Source of the DNA: Verrucomicrobiia bacterium
GTDB lineage: Bacteria; Verrucomicrobiota; Verrucomicrobiia; Limisphaerales; UBA11358
DNA: 64,000 nt
NCBI GenBank assembly: GCA_025451535.1
Contig: JANWKE010000009.1
Location: 11,917 to 75,916, forward strand
Direction of reading: 5' to 3'
The notes beneath the pieces are model-generated. The model ran no database searches. It saw only the letters and a program-made list of their open reading frames with translations, and was not told where the DNA came from. This document shows, piece by piece, positions 39,353 to 48,566 of the stretch (position 1 is its first letter; each line of letters begins with the position of its first letter). The position numbers and the translations under genes are program-made.

Positions 39353-42193
39353 TTGTTGAAAAGTGTGGCAGCAGCCTGCGGCCTCCTCCTTATGCTTCCT
39401 GTCGCCCGGGCCCAGTTCACCTGGCCGGTTTACGAGCCGTTTAGTGAATATACCAACACGCCGTTGAATCTCGGTGCTGACATAACCTCAAACTACTGGA
39501 ATTTCGGCCAGGGCAACAGCAATGGGGTTACCACATACGTGATCACAAACAGCGCTGCACTGTCCTATATCGCTTTGCTGCCTGACCCCACCAATGTTAA
39601 CCCGAATGGCGTTCAGGAGGTGCCGACATCAAGCACCAGCGCTGATCGTGGCGCGGTCTTCACGAGTCAAAGCAATACCTTTTATACTTCCTTCCTCTTA
39701 AACTACCAGGATAACGGCGGTGCCGTTTACGATCGGGCGATTTATAACGTGGTGACGGGCGCGTCCACAAACATCAACGCCGGGTCCTTCTCGAGTGTCT
39801 ACTTTGCCGTATGGCTTACCCCGGACTATCGTATCAAGCTTACCAAGAACTACCGGGGTGCCGCCAATTTTTCTGCCGCCACCCCGGTGCTGACCAAAAA
39901 TGTTCCGCACTTGATTGTCATGCGTTATGTGAAGGTCCCCGGCGGCATCGACGAGGCGGATCTCTGGGTTGACCCGACGCCCTTTGGCGACAATGCCAGT
40001 ATTCCCCCGCCCACGATCAGCACCACGAACGCACCCAATGTCGCGTTCTTTAATGGTATCGTGTTGAATAACCGGAAAATTTTCGCCAGCTACTCGCTCA
40101 ACGTCTTTCAGGTGGACGAAATCCGGTTCGATAGCACCTGGTCCGGCGTTACGCCTGCGGCCACTCCCGCGCCCGGCCCGCTCTTTGGCGTAACGGGTGG
40201 CGGAACGGGCTGCCCGGGCGACATGTTTCCGATTAATTTGAGCGGTTCAGTGACAACCAATAATTACCTGCTTTATACTAATAATGTTTACGCCGGCGTC
40301 ACGCTCGCTGGCACCGGTTCAGCGCTCAATTTCGGGTTGTATTCCACCATTGCCAATTACTCCATCCTGGCCAGCAATAGCGTGACTGGAAACTTTGGCT
40401 GGATGTCCAACAGCGTATCGGTTTACGTGCTGGCGCCCGTGAACATCGTGACCGAGCCTTCTCCTGCGGTCACGGCCACCAACAGCCGGGCCCAGTTTAT
40501 TGTGTCGGCCACCGGTGACCAACTGGGTTACCAGTGGTATAAGGATGGCAATCCACTGACGGATGATTCGCACCTCACAGGCTCGACGTCAAATATGCTG
40601 GTAATCTGGCCGGCCACGACTGGCGATATTGGCAACTATTATTGCAGCGTTACCAATCCTTGCAGTGTTTCCATCACCTACAGCACCACCAACTCTTTGA
40701 CTCTGGATGCGCCAAACAATCTGGTGTGGTCGGGCAATGCTTTCAACCAGGAATGGTGGGACATATCCACTTCATTCAACTGGAACAGCGGTGCCGCAGT
40801 TTTCAACGAGGGCGACAACGTTACCTTTGATGACAGCTATCCCGGCGGCTCCTACGGCCAGATCATTACCCTTTTTGGCACGCTGACTCCGACACTCATG
40901 ACGTATAGCACGAGTCAGCAGTTAACCTGGGCCGGCAGTGGTACCCTGGCTGGTTCCGGTGAACTGCTGGTGACCGGTGCGGGGCGGCTGACCATCAGCA
41001 ATACCGTGGGCGCCGGCGTCTTCGCAGCCAACTCCTACACGGGCGGGACCGTCATCGACAACGGCACGGTGTATATCCAAAATTGGAACAGTTTAGGCGC
41101 CGGGCCGATCACTCTGGCCGGCGGCACGCTGGAGAGCAAACTCAAGGGCAACGGTGGCACGGGCCTCAGCAACAATATCTCGGTGACGGCCAACAGCACC
41201 TGGCTGACTGACCAGTCGGGCCAGCAGTCCGCCTCGTTACTGGGAACATTGATTGGCAATCCGGGGACCACCTTGACCTTCACCAATAGTACCACGGCTA
41301 CCAACGGCCAAAACTGGGTATACTTGAATGCTCCGTTCACTAACAGTTCCGCCATTATCCTCAGTGAACTCGAGACCAATTCGAGTGTGACGGGGATGCG
41401 GCTTGTCTTCAACAACAGCACTGGCGCTCAGATCTATAACGGAACGATTTCTGAGGCTGCCCCTGGCCTGGGCGGAGTGATCGAGCAGGGCAGCGGCGCG
41501 GCCTATCTGAACGCTGCCAACACCTACACCGGCCCCACGGCAGTCAACGCCGGGCTGCTGGCCGGCAGCGGCAGCATTACCAGCCCGCTGACTGTGACTA
41601 ATGGGAGTCTCGGCGGCGGTTCGGCGAACGCCATCGGCACCTTCACCGTCAACGGTAACGTGAGCTTCCTCAATGGCAATGTCTATATTCGCGTGAACAA
41701 ATCGCTCGCGCAATCGAATGACATCATCTCCGTCACCGGCACCATTACCAACGGCGGGACGGGAACGGTAACCATCACGAACAGCGGAGCGACACCTCTG
41801 GCTGTGGGTGACAGGTTCAAAATTCTCAGCGGCCCGGTTGAGAATGGCACAGCGCTGGCAGTGACCGGAGGCGGAGTGACGTGGGCCAACAACCTGGCGG
41901 TAGACGGAAGTGTTCAGGTCAGCCTCGGCTTCGTAGTCCTTACCAACTCGCCGCTGATCACCAGCTTCAGTCCGCAGGGTGCGAATGCGGTCATCAACGG
42001 CACCAACGGCCAGGTGGGCGCGACCGCCTATCTGTTGATGACGACCAATATTGCCCGACCGCCGAACCAATGGAAGACAGTGGCAACCAATGTCCTGGGC
42101 GGAAGTGCCTATACCTTCGTCGGCACCAATGTGATAACCACCGGCTCGCCGCAACAATTCTTCATGTTGAGCAGCACCAATTACAATCCTTGA
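39353..42193 (+). CDS. large secreted protein with an Ig-like domain and autotransporter-associated beta-strand (PATR) repeats
   Basis: Signal peptide LKSVAAACGLLLMLPVARAQ. Ig-like segment ...GYQWYKDGNPL...GNYYCSVTN. Repeated YTGGTVIDNGTVYI / NTYTGPTAVNAGLLAGSG units. No beta-barrel translocator and no PEP-CTERM. Non-ATG (TTG) start, so the 5' end is uncertain. Confidence 0.85.
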   Translation: MLKSVAAACGLLLMLPVARAQFTWPVYEPFSEYTNTPLNLGADITSNYWNFGQGNSNGVTTYVITNSAALSYIALLPDPTNVNPNGVQEVPTSSTSADRGAVFTSQSNTFYTSFLLNYQDNGGAVYDRAIYNVVTGASTNINAGSFSSVYFAVWLTPDYRIKLTKNYRGAANFSAATPVLTKNVPHLIVMRYVKVPGGIDEADLWVDPTPFGDNASIPPPTISTTNAPNVAFFNGIVLNNRKIFASYSLNVFQVDEIRFDSTWSGVTPAATPAPGPLFGVTGGGTGCPGDMFPINLSGSVTTNNYLLYTNNVYAGVTLAGTGSALNFGLYSTIANYSILASNSVTGNFGWMSNSVSVYVLAPVNIVTEPSPAVTATNSRAQFIVSATGDQLGYQWYKDGNPLTDDSHLTGSTSNMLVIWPATTGDIGNYYCSVTNPCSVSITYSTTNSLTLDAPNNLVWSGNAFNQEWWDISTSFNWNSGAAVFNEGDNVTFDDSYPGGSYGQIITLFGTLTPTLMTYSTSQQLTWAGSGTLAGSGELLVTGAGRLTISNTVGAGVFAANSYTGGTVIDNGTVYIQNWNSLGAGPITLAGGTLESKLKGNGGTGLSNNISVTANSTWLTDQSGQQSASLLGTLIGNPGTTLTFTNSTTATNGQNWVYLNAPFTNSSAIILSELETNSSVTGMRLVFNNSTGAQIYNGTISEAAPGLGGVIEQGSGAAYLNAANTYTGPTAVNAGLLAGSGSITSPLTVTNGSLGGGSANAIGTFTVNGNVSFLNGNVYIRVNKSLAQSNDIISVTGTITNGGTGTVTITNSGATPLAVGDRFKILSGPVENGTALAVTGGGVTWANNLAVDGSVQVSLGFVVLTNSPLITSFSPQGANAVINGTNGQVGATAYLLMTTNIARPPNQWKTVATNVLGGSAYTFVGTNVITTGSPQQFFMLSSTNYNP

Positions 42194-42221
42194 GGAAAAT
42201 TACCCAGCCGATGATGTCATG

Positions 42222-42262
42222 AAATGGAATCGGGGTGCTCGCAATGCATCCCGCTTCCATTT
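42222..42262 (+). terminator. candidate rho-independent terminator
   Basis: aaatggaatcgggg / cccgcttccattt stem with one mismatch, 13-nt loop, followed by a T-containing tail (tttgagtt). Confidence 0.45.
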
Positions 42263-42352
42263 GAGTTATCCGGGAGAACTTTGAGATCGCAGTGCATTTA
42301 ATTCACGGTTAAAAGTTTTGCCCGAAGGTTTCACTTTTGCAAAACTGTGGGC

Positions 42353-43186
42353 ATGTTCGAAGACACCATCCGCCGGATGCCGCGTCCGCAGGATGCGGCG
42401 ACCCTGGCCACCCAACAGCTTCGCGATACTTTTGCCGTCACCAACCTGTTCGCACCGGGCGAACTGCGCGGCGTGTTCACCGATCTCGACCGCCTGGTCG
42501 TCGGCGGTGTCATGCCGTTGAAACCGGTGGACCTGCCGAACCACAAGGAAACCGGACGCGCCTTTTTCCTCGAGCGCCGCGAACTGGGCGCCATCAACGT
42601 CGGCGGGCCGGGTGTGGTCCATGCCGATGGCAAATCGTTTTCGCTCGACCGGTTGGATTGTGCTTATCTGCCGATGGGAACGAAATCAGTGACGTTTGAA
42701 AGCAAGGATGCCCGGCATCCGGCCAAATTTTATTTTCTGAGCTGTCCGGCGCACGCGGCCCATCCGGCCGCGACCATGAAACCAAAGGATGCATCACCCG
42801 TGCCACTGGGATCGCAGGCGGCAGCCAACCAGCGAACGATCCATAAGTACATCCACACCGGTGGCATTCAGAGTTGCCAGTTGGTGATGGGTTTCACCGC
42901 GCTGGAGGAAGGGAATGTGTGGAATTCGTTCCCGCCGCACACGCATTGGCGGCGCACGGAGATTTATTTTTATTTCGACCTTGGTGAAAACGTGCTGACG
43001 CATTTCATGGGCGAGCCGCTGCAGACGCGGCACCTGTTTTTGCACAACGAAGACGCCGTGCTGTCGCCGAACTGGTCCATCCATTGCGGCTGCGGCACCG
43101 GCAACTACAAGTTCATCTGGGGCATGGCCGGCGAAAACCAGACATTTGACGACATGGATGGCGTAAAGCCACTGGATTTGCGCTAA
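42353..43186 (+). CDS. kduI: 5-dehydro-4-deoxy-D-glucuronate isomerase
   Basis: Collinear with E. coli KduI as I recall it: YFLERRELGAINVGG, QLVMGFTALEEGNVWNSFPPHTH, FIWGMAGENQTFDDMD. Confidence 0.93.
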   Translation: MFEDTIRRMPRPQDAATLATQQLRDTFAVTNLFAPGELRGVFTDLDRLVVGGVMPLKPVDLPNHKETGRAFFLERRELGAINVGGPGVVHADGKSFSLDRLDCAYLPMGTKSVTFESKDARHPAKFYFLSCPAHAAHPAATMKPKDASPVPLGSQAAANQRTIHKYIHTGGIQSCQLVMGFTALEEGNVWNSFPPHTHWRRTEIYFYFDLGENVLTHFMGEPLQTRHLFLHNEDAVLSPNWSIHCGCGTGNYKFIWGMAGENQTFDDMDGVKPLDLR

Positions 43187-43202
43187 ACCATCGAGATTTC
43201 AT

Positions 43203-43280
43203 TCGGAGGGACGAGCGATGCGAGTCCCTGAATTGGCTTGGACGGAAGATGGTGGGGACTCGTGTAACTCGTCCCTCCGA
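43203..43280. repeat. 26-nt-arm inverted repeat between kduI and kduD
   Basis: tcggagggacgagcgatgcgagtccc versus the reverse complement of gggactcgtgtaactcgtccctccga. 22 of 26 positions pair (blocks of 13 and 8 perfect); 26-nt loop. Confidence 0.75.
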
Positions 43281-43295
43281 GCTAACGATTGGGTC

Positions 43296-44072
43296 ATGAA
43301 GCGATTTGAAAAGAAAGTGATCGTTGTCACCGGTGCGAGCCGGGGCATCGGCCAGGCCATTGCGGTGGCGTTCGCACGGGAAGGCGCGCAGGTCGCTGGT
43401 GTGGCGCGGAGCAACCTGGCGGAAACGGCGTCGAAGGCAAAAGACGCCGGCGGCAAATTCATTGCCGTCAACGCCGATTTAAGCAAAGGCACGCAAAAGG
43501 AAGCGGCCGATTTGACCGCGGCGATTTTAAAAAAGACCGGGCGCATTGACATACTGGTCAATAATGCCGGCATCATCCGCCGCGCGCCGGCGGTGGATTT
43601 TCCTGAAGCGGACTGGAACGAGGTCCTGCGCACCAATTTATCCACGCCATTTTTCCTTTGCCAGGCAGTGGCGAAATGGTGGTTGACGGGTGGGCGCGAA
43701 CAATCGCCCGCCAACGCGCGATTGAGGATCATCAACATCGCATCGCTGCTTTCGTTCCAAGGCGGCATCCGGGTCCCCGCGTACACGGCGAGCAAGCACG
43801 GCATCGCCGGCGTCACCAAGGCGCTGGCCAACGAATGGGCGAAGGAACGCATCAACGTCAACGCCATTGCGCCGGGATACATTGCCACCGAAAACACCAG
43901 GGCCTTGCGTGAAGACGCCAAACGCAATCAAGCGATTGTCGAGCGCATTCCCGAAGGCCGTTGGGGCAAACCGGAAGATATTGCGGGGATGTGCGTGTTC
44001 CTGGCCTCCCGCGACGCGGATTATCTCAACGGTTCGGTAATCAACGTTGATGGCGGCTGGTTGGGGCGGTGA
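43296..44072 (+). CDS. kduD: 2-dehydro-3-deoxy-D-gluconate 5-dehydrogenase (SDR)
   Basis: VTGASRGIGQAIA, NNAGI, YTASKHG motifs, adjacent to kduI. The start is set at MKRFEKK. Confidence 0.9.
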   Translation: MKRFEKKVIVVTGASRGIGQAIAVAFAREGAQVAGVARSNLAETASKAKDAGGKFIAVNADLSKGTQKEAADLTAAILKKTGRIDILVNNAGIIRRAPAVDFPEADWNEVLRTNLSTPFFLCQAVAKWWLTGGREQSPANARLRIINIASLLSFQGGIRVPAYTASKHGIAGVTKALANEWAKERINVNAIAPGYIATENTRALREDAKRNQAIVERIPEGRWGKPEDIAGMCVFLASRDADYLNGSVINVDGGWLGR

Positions 44073-44093
44073 GTTAAAAATTTAAAAGGTAAA

Positions 44094-45344
44094 ATGCAAA
44101 AATTATTTCATCGCAGTTGGTTCAACCGTTTGCCTTTTGCCTTTTGTCTTGTGCCCTGGCTTCTGACTTCCTGTGCGGCTACGTCGCATACCGCACCGGA
44201 GGATTCCGGGGCAACGCCGTTACAGTGGTCGGTGCGAATCGCAAATTCGGAAATGGCACGGCGCGGCGACAGCCTGGAATGGAATCCGGGCGGCAAGGCC
44301 AAATGGGATTACACCACCGGTTTGTTCACGTTCGCCCTGCTCAAACTGAATGAACAGGCGAACGACCCGCGCGACCTTAAATTTGCCGGGGATACAATTG
44401 GTTCATTCATCACCGCGGACGGAGAAATCAACGGTTACAAACCGCAGGACGAGAGTCTGGACAACGTTGCGCCGGGCCGGACCGTGCTGGCACTCTGGCA
44501 AATCACCCACGACGAACGTTATCGCGCGGCCGCGGCGCGGCTGCGTCAGCAGCTCAAAACCCAACCGCGCACCAGCGATGGCGGGTTCTGGCACAAGCAA
44601 CGATACCCGCATCAAATGTGGCTGGATGGACTCTATATGGCGGGACCGTTTTACGCCGAGTACGCAAAGTTGTTTGACGAACCGACCAATTTTGACGATG
44701 TGGCCAAACAAATCCGTCTGGCGGGCGAACATACTTACGACGCGAAAACCGGATTGTTTTATCATGGCTGGGATGAAAGCAAATCGCAGCCGTGGGCGGA
44801 CAGAGTCACCGGCACGTCGTCCAACTTCTGGGGGCGCGCGATGGGCTGGTACGCCATGGCGATGGTGGATGTACTCGATTATTTCCCGACGAACCATCCG
44901 GCACGGCCCGAAATCATCGCTACGTTCCAAAAATTATGCGCCGGTGCAGTGAAATATCAGGATCCCGGGACCGGCCTTTGGTGGCAGGTGGTTGACGCGG
45001 GTCATCGCCAGGGCAATTACCTCGAAGCCACGGCCTCGGGCATGTTCGTTTACGCAATGGCCAAGGGCATCAACCACGGCTATCTCCCGCGCAACTATGA
45101 ACCGGCGGTGTTGAAAGGTTATCGCGTCATCATTGAGCATCTCATTCGGGACAACGGCGATGGGAAATGGTCGCTGACCCATTGCTGTTCCGTGGCCGGG
45201 CTGGGCTATGGCCGGGACGGCTCGTTCGAGTATTACGTCAACGAGCCGGTGGTGGAGAATGATCTCAAAGGCATCGGCCCGTTCATTTTGGCCGGCATTG
45301 AATTGCAGAAATTAGCTGGCCGATCCACCAACACGGCCCAATAA
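44094..45344 (+). CDS. unsaturated rhamnogalacturonyl hydrolase (GH105/GH88 fold)
   Basis: WDYTTGL..., GGFWHKQRYPHQMWLDGLYMAGPF, FWGRAMGWYAMAMVD motifs of YteR-type enzymes. Signal peptide or lipobox at the N-terminus. Confidence 0.85.
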   Translation: MQKLFHRSWFNRLPFAFCLVPWLLTSCAATSHTAPEDSGATPLQWSVRIANSEMARRGDSLEWNPGGKAKWDYTTGLFTFALLKLNEQANDPRDLKFAGDTIGSFITADGEINGYKPQDESLDNVAPGRTVLALWQITHDERYRAAAARLRQQLKTQPRTSDGGFWHKQRYPHQMWLDGLYMAGPFYAEYAKLFDEPTNFDDVAKQIRLAGEHTYDAKTGLFYHGWDESKSQPWADRVTGTSSNFWGRAMGWYAMAMVDVLDYFPTNHPARPEIIATFQKLCAGAVKYQDPGTGLWWQVVDAGHRQGNYLEATASGMFVYAMAKGINHGYLPRNYEPAVLKGYRVIIEHLIRDNGDGKWSLTHCCSVAGLGYGRDGSFEYYVNEPVVENDLKGIGPFILAGIELQKLAGRSTNTAQ

Positions 45345-45389
45345 ATTTCCTGACGCCAAACCGAATGTCTGGTAATCAAATCCAAGCAC

Positions 45390-47777
45390 ATGAATACCAT
45401 TCCTCTTCCCGGGAATCTTAGTTGCCTGACCGGCTGGCTGATCGGATTGAACTGTTTCATCGCAACCCTGCCGCTCTGCGCACAATCCAGCACAACTACT
45501 ACTATACCTGGTCCCCAGCCTCCGCCCATCACGCTAACGGCAAGCCTTTCGTCAGCGGTAAAGCCGTATGCGGTACTGACAGCGATGCAGCGCGTGGGAG
45601 ATTGGGAACTGACGCACTCGGCCACGAACCGGCCGACCGGCTGGGTTCAGGCCGTTGGCGACGCGGGCATGATGGCCCTGGCCGGAATTTCCAGCGACCC
45701 GAAATATCGCGCGGCCATGCTCGCCAAGGGTGAGGCCAACGATTGGGATCTGGCGGCGTACCAAGGGCGAAAATATCACGCCGACGACCAGTGCGAGGGA
45801 CAAACCTGGACGGAACTTTATTTTCTTTACCGTGAAAACAAAATGATCGCTCCCCTGCGTGAAAGGTTTGATTTCATTCTGACGAATCCCTCAGACGCAC
45901 CAGGCCTCGATTTCACGCAACCACATGGAAAAGCACAGGAACTTTGGTCCTGGTGCGATTCGTTGTTCATGGCACCGCCAACCTGGGTGCGGCTTTACGC
46001 CGCGACCGGTGACGAGCGGTATCTGGATTTTGCCGTAACCAACTGGTGGCGCACCACGGATTTTCTATACGACAAGGAGGAGCATTTGTTTTTCCGCGAC
46101 AGCACGTATTTCGACAAACGCGAGGCCAACGGCCAGAAGATTTTCTGGAGCCGCGGCAACGGCTGGGTGATGGCCGGGCTGGTGCGTGTGCTGCAATATC
46201 TGCCGACGAACCATCCGGACCGCCCGCGCTTTGGGCAGTTGTTCAATGACATGGCTGCGAAAGTTGTGGCCCTCCAGCAACCCGACGGTCTTTGGCACGC
46301 CAGTTTGCTGGATCCGGCAGATTATCCGGAAAAGGAAACCAGCGGTTCCGCCCTGTTCACCTACGCCCTGGCCTGGGGCGTGAACCAGGGTCTGCTCGAC
46401 CGCACAACCTTTGAACCGGCGGTCCGCAAAGGCTGGGCGACGCTCGTGGATTGCGTGGCAGCCGACGGCAAACTGACGCATGTTCAACCTCCCGGCGCCG
46501 ATCCAAAAAGCTTCGATGCCGACTCAACTGAATCTTACGGTGTCGGTGCTTTTTTGCTGGCCGGCAGCGAAATTTATCGCATGGCGGCATTGGCGAATGC
46601 ACATCCGATTGCCATCAAAGTCACGAATCCAGCAAACTTCTATCGTGACTGCGAAACAGTCGATGTAAACTGGTCTCACTTTAGTAAGCCCGCCGCAACA
46701 CAACCTTACCCCGCTGTCATGGATGGTCTCTCCTCACGCATCTTAGCCTCGCAAATCTATGAATCTCCCGGCAATTCGGCTGAAGGCAGCACGACTGAAA
46801 GGTTGCTTTTCCAGGTCGACTTGGCGCCACACGAAACGAGAACTTATTATGTTGCTCCGGCCTTGGCCGCCTTACCGCCGCCAATCGTCAAAACCTTTGC
46901 GCGTTACGTACCGGAACGCTACGACGATTTCGCCTGGGAGAGCGATCGCATCGCGCACCGTGCCTACGCCCTGGCGCTCATCCCGGCGGAAGGCACCATC
47001 AGCAGCGCACCGGACGTGTGGATTAAAAAGGACCGCGGTCTCATCGTTGAAACCATGTATAAAACCGGTCATTACCACGAGGATAACGGCTCGTTCATGG
47101 ACGATTATCGCGTCGGCCACAGCCGGGGCTGCGGCGGGCTGGGCATCTGGGACGGCAAGAAACTTTACACATCCAGCAATTACCGTAACTGGAAGCTCAT
47201 TACCACCGGCCCCATCCGGTCGGAATTTGAACTGACCTACGACGCGTGGGATGCCGGCCATGGCCGGATAGTTTCCGAGGTCAAGCGTTACAGCATTGAC
47301 GCCGGCTCGTGGATGACCAGGGCGCAAAGCACGTTCAGCAGCGAGGACAAGTCAGCGTTGACGATTGGCGTCGGCCTGGCTGAGCGCGCGTGCCCCACCA
47401 ACCGCGTGGAATTCATCGCCGGCGATCAAAGCGAAGGCTGGATGAGCTATTGGCAGCCAGAAGACACACCGAAAGGCATCATCGGCGTCGCGATGGTACT
47501 GCCCAAAGACAGCGTGGAAGCGTTCACGAACGACGCGCCGGACATGCCGGAGTCCAAACTTCACGCCGCGGTACCGCAGCCGACGCATGAAGGTTATCCG
47601 CCGATCCGCGACCTGCTTGCCATCACACCGGCCAAAGTTGGCCAGCCGTTCACCTACTACTTCGGCGCGTGCTGGGATCGCAGCGGCGATTTCACCAACC
47701 ACGTACAGTGGGAAGATTACGTCAAGCGCTTCGCCGAACGCCGCGACCAGCCCTTGCAGGTGACGATCGGGAATTGA
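45390..47777 (+). CDS. GH105-like hydrolase fused to a DUF4861-like C-terminal domain
   Basis: The N-terminal half has WSWCDSLFMAPP and FWSRGNGWVMAGLVRVL (GH105/88 fold). The C-terminal half (FAWESDRIAHRAY...GCGGLGIWDG...) matches the domain family usually found as a separate gene in kdu/pectin loci. Confidence 0.8.
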   Translation: MNTIPLPGNLSCLTGWLIGLNCFIATLPLCAQSSTTTTIPGPQPPPITLTASLSSAVKPYAVLTAMQRVGDWELTHSATNRPTGWVQAVGDAGMMALAGISSDPKYRAAMLAKGEANDWDLAAYQGRKYHADDQCEGQTWTELYFLYRENKMIAPLRERFDFILTNPSDAPGLDFTQPHGKAQELWSWCDSLFMAPPTWVRLYAATGDERYLDFAVTNWWRTTDFLYDKEEHLFFRDSTYFDKREANGQKIFWSRGNGWVMAGLVRVLQYLPTNHPDRPRFGQLFNDMAAKVVALQQPDGLWHASLLDPADYPEKETSGSALFTYALAWGVNQGLLDRTTFEPAVRKGWATLVDCVAADGKLTHVQPPGADPKSFDADSTESYGVGAFLLAGSEIYRMAALANAHPIAIKVTNPANFYRDCETVDVNWSHFSKPAATQPYPAVMDGLSSRILASQIYESPGNSAEGSTTERLLFQVDLAPHETRTYYVAPALAALPPPIVKTFARYVPERYDDFAWESDRIAHRAYALALIPAEGTISSAPDVWIKKDRGLIVETMYKTGHYHEDNGSFMDDYRVGHSRGCGGLGIWDGKKLYTSSNYRNWKLITTGPIRSEFELTYDAWDAGHGRIVSEVKRYSIDAGSWMTRAQSTFSSEDKSALTIGVGLAERACPTNRVEFIAGDQSEGWMSYWQPEDTPKGIIGVAMVLPKDSVEAFTNDAPDMPESKLHAAVPQPTHEGYPPIRDLLAITPAKVGQPFTYYFGACWDRSGDFTNHVQWEDYVKRFAERRDQPLQVTIGN

Positions 47778-47851
47778 TTTGCGATATACGATTTACGATT
47801 GACGCGCCGTTTTGCCAAATGTTGCGTAAATCGAATATCGTAAATCGTAAA
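47778..47851. terminator. heptad palindrome, probable bidirectional terminator between convergent genes
   Basis: 28-nt arms tttgcgatatacgatttacgattgacgc / gcgtaaatcgaatatcgtaaatcgtaaa with 23 of 28 positions complementary (hand count) and an 18-nt loop. It fills the gap between the stops at 47777 (+) and 47860 (-). Confidence 0.6.
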
Positions 47852-47859
47852 CAGTGCGG

Positions 47860-48504
47860 TCAGTTTTTTACCGGCGATGCTGAAATCACCTTCAATGCTT
47901 CGACGGTAATCGCAGTGATTTTGCCCCACGACTTTTCGGCGACGAGCTTCTTTTCGGCCATCCACGAGCCGCCGACGGCGGCGACCTGCGGCAAGGCCAG
48001 GTAATTCGCCAGGGTAGTGGTGGTGATGCCACCGGTGGGAAGGAATTTTACGCCGGTATGCGCAAACGGCGCGGCCAGGGCCTTGAGCATGGCTGCGCCG
48101 CCGGCGGGTTCGGCCGGAAAAAACTTCAGATATTTGCAGCCGAGATTCAGCGCACGGTCTACTTCGGTTGGCGTCATGACACCTGGAAAAAACGGCATCT
48201 GAACTTTGCCGGCCGCCGTCAGCACCGTTTCGTTCAAACCCGGCGAAACACCAAACTGCGCGCCGGCGGCCGATGCCTGATGCACCTGCTCTGCCGTCAA
48301 CAATGTGCCTGCGCCGATGGCCATCTGCGAAACTTCCTGACGGACACGCCGGATGGATTCGGCGGCGGCAGCGGTACGGAAGGTGATTTCCATCACGTTC
48401 AGTCCACCAGCGAGGAGGGCCCTGGCCAACGGCACGGCGTCGTCCACCCGGTCAATGGTCGTGATACACATCAAGCGCTGTCGGAGAAAGGATTCGCTTT
48501 TCAT
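47860..48504 (-). CDS. eda: KDPG / 4-hydroxy-2-oxoglutarate aldolase
   Basis: LNVMEITFRT, GAGTLLT, FGVSPG and KFFPAE (Schiff-base Lys) motifs. Confidence 0.9.
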   Translation of the reverse strand: MKSESFLRQRLMCITTIDRVDDAVPLARALLAGGLNVMEITFRTAAAAESIRRVRQEVSQMAIGAGTLLTAEQVHQASAAGAQFGVSPGLNETVLTAAGKVQMPFFPGVMTPTEVDRALNLGCKYLKFFPAEPAGGAAMLKALAAPFAHTGVKFLPTGGITTTTLANYLALPQVAAVGGSWMAEKKLVAEKSWGKITAITVEALKVISASPVKN

Positions 48505-48566
48505 AAAGTTGTTCGCGATGATACAGGAAATTCCAAGCGGACGAACGAAAATTTCAGCCGGTTGAT

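Noticed and set aside
41237-42157. 306-aa minus ORF
   Set aside because: Antisense to the PATR repeat protein.
43199-43927. 242-aa minus ORF
   Set aside because: Antisense to kduD.
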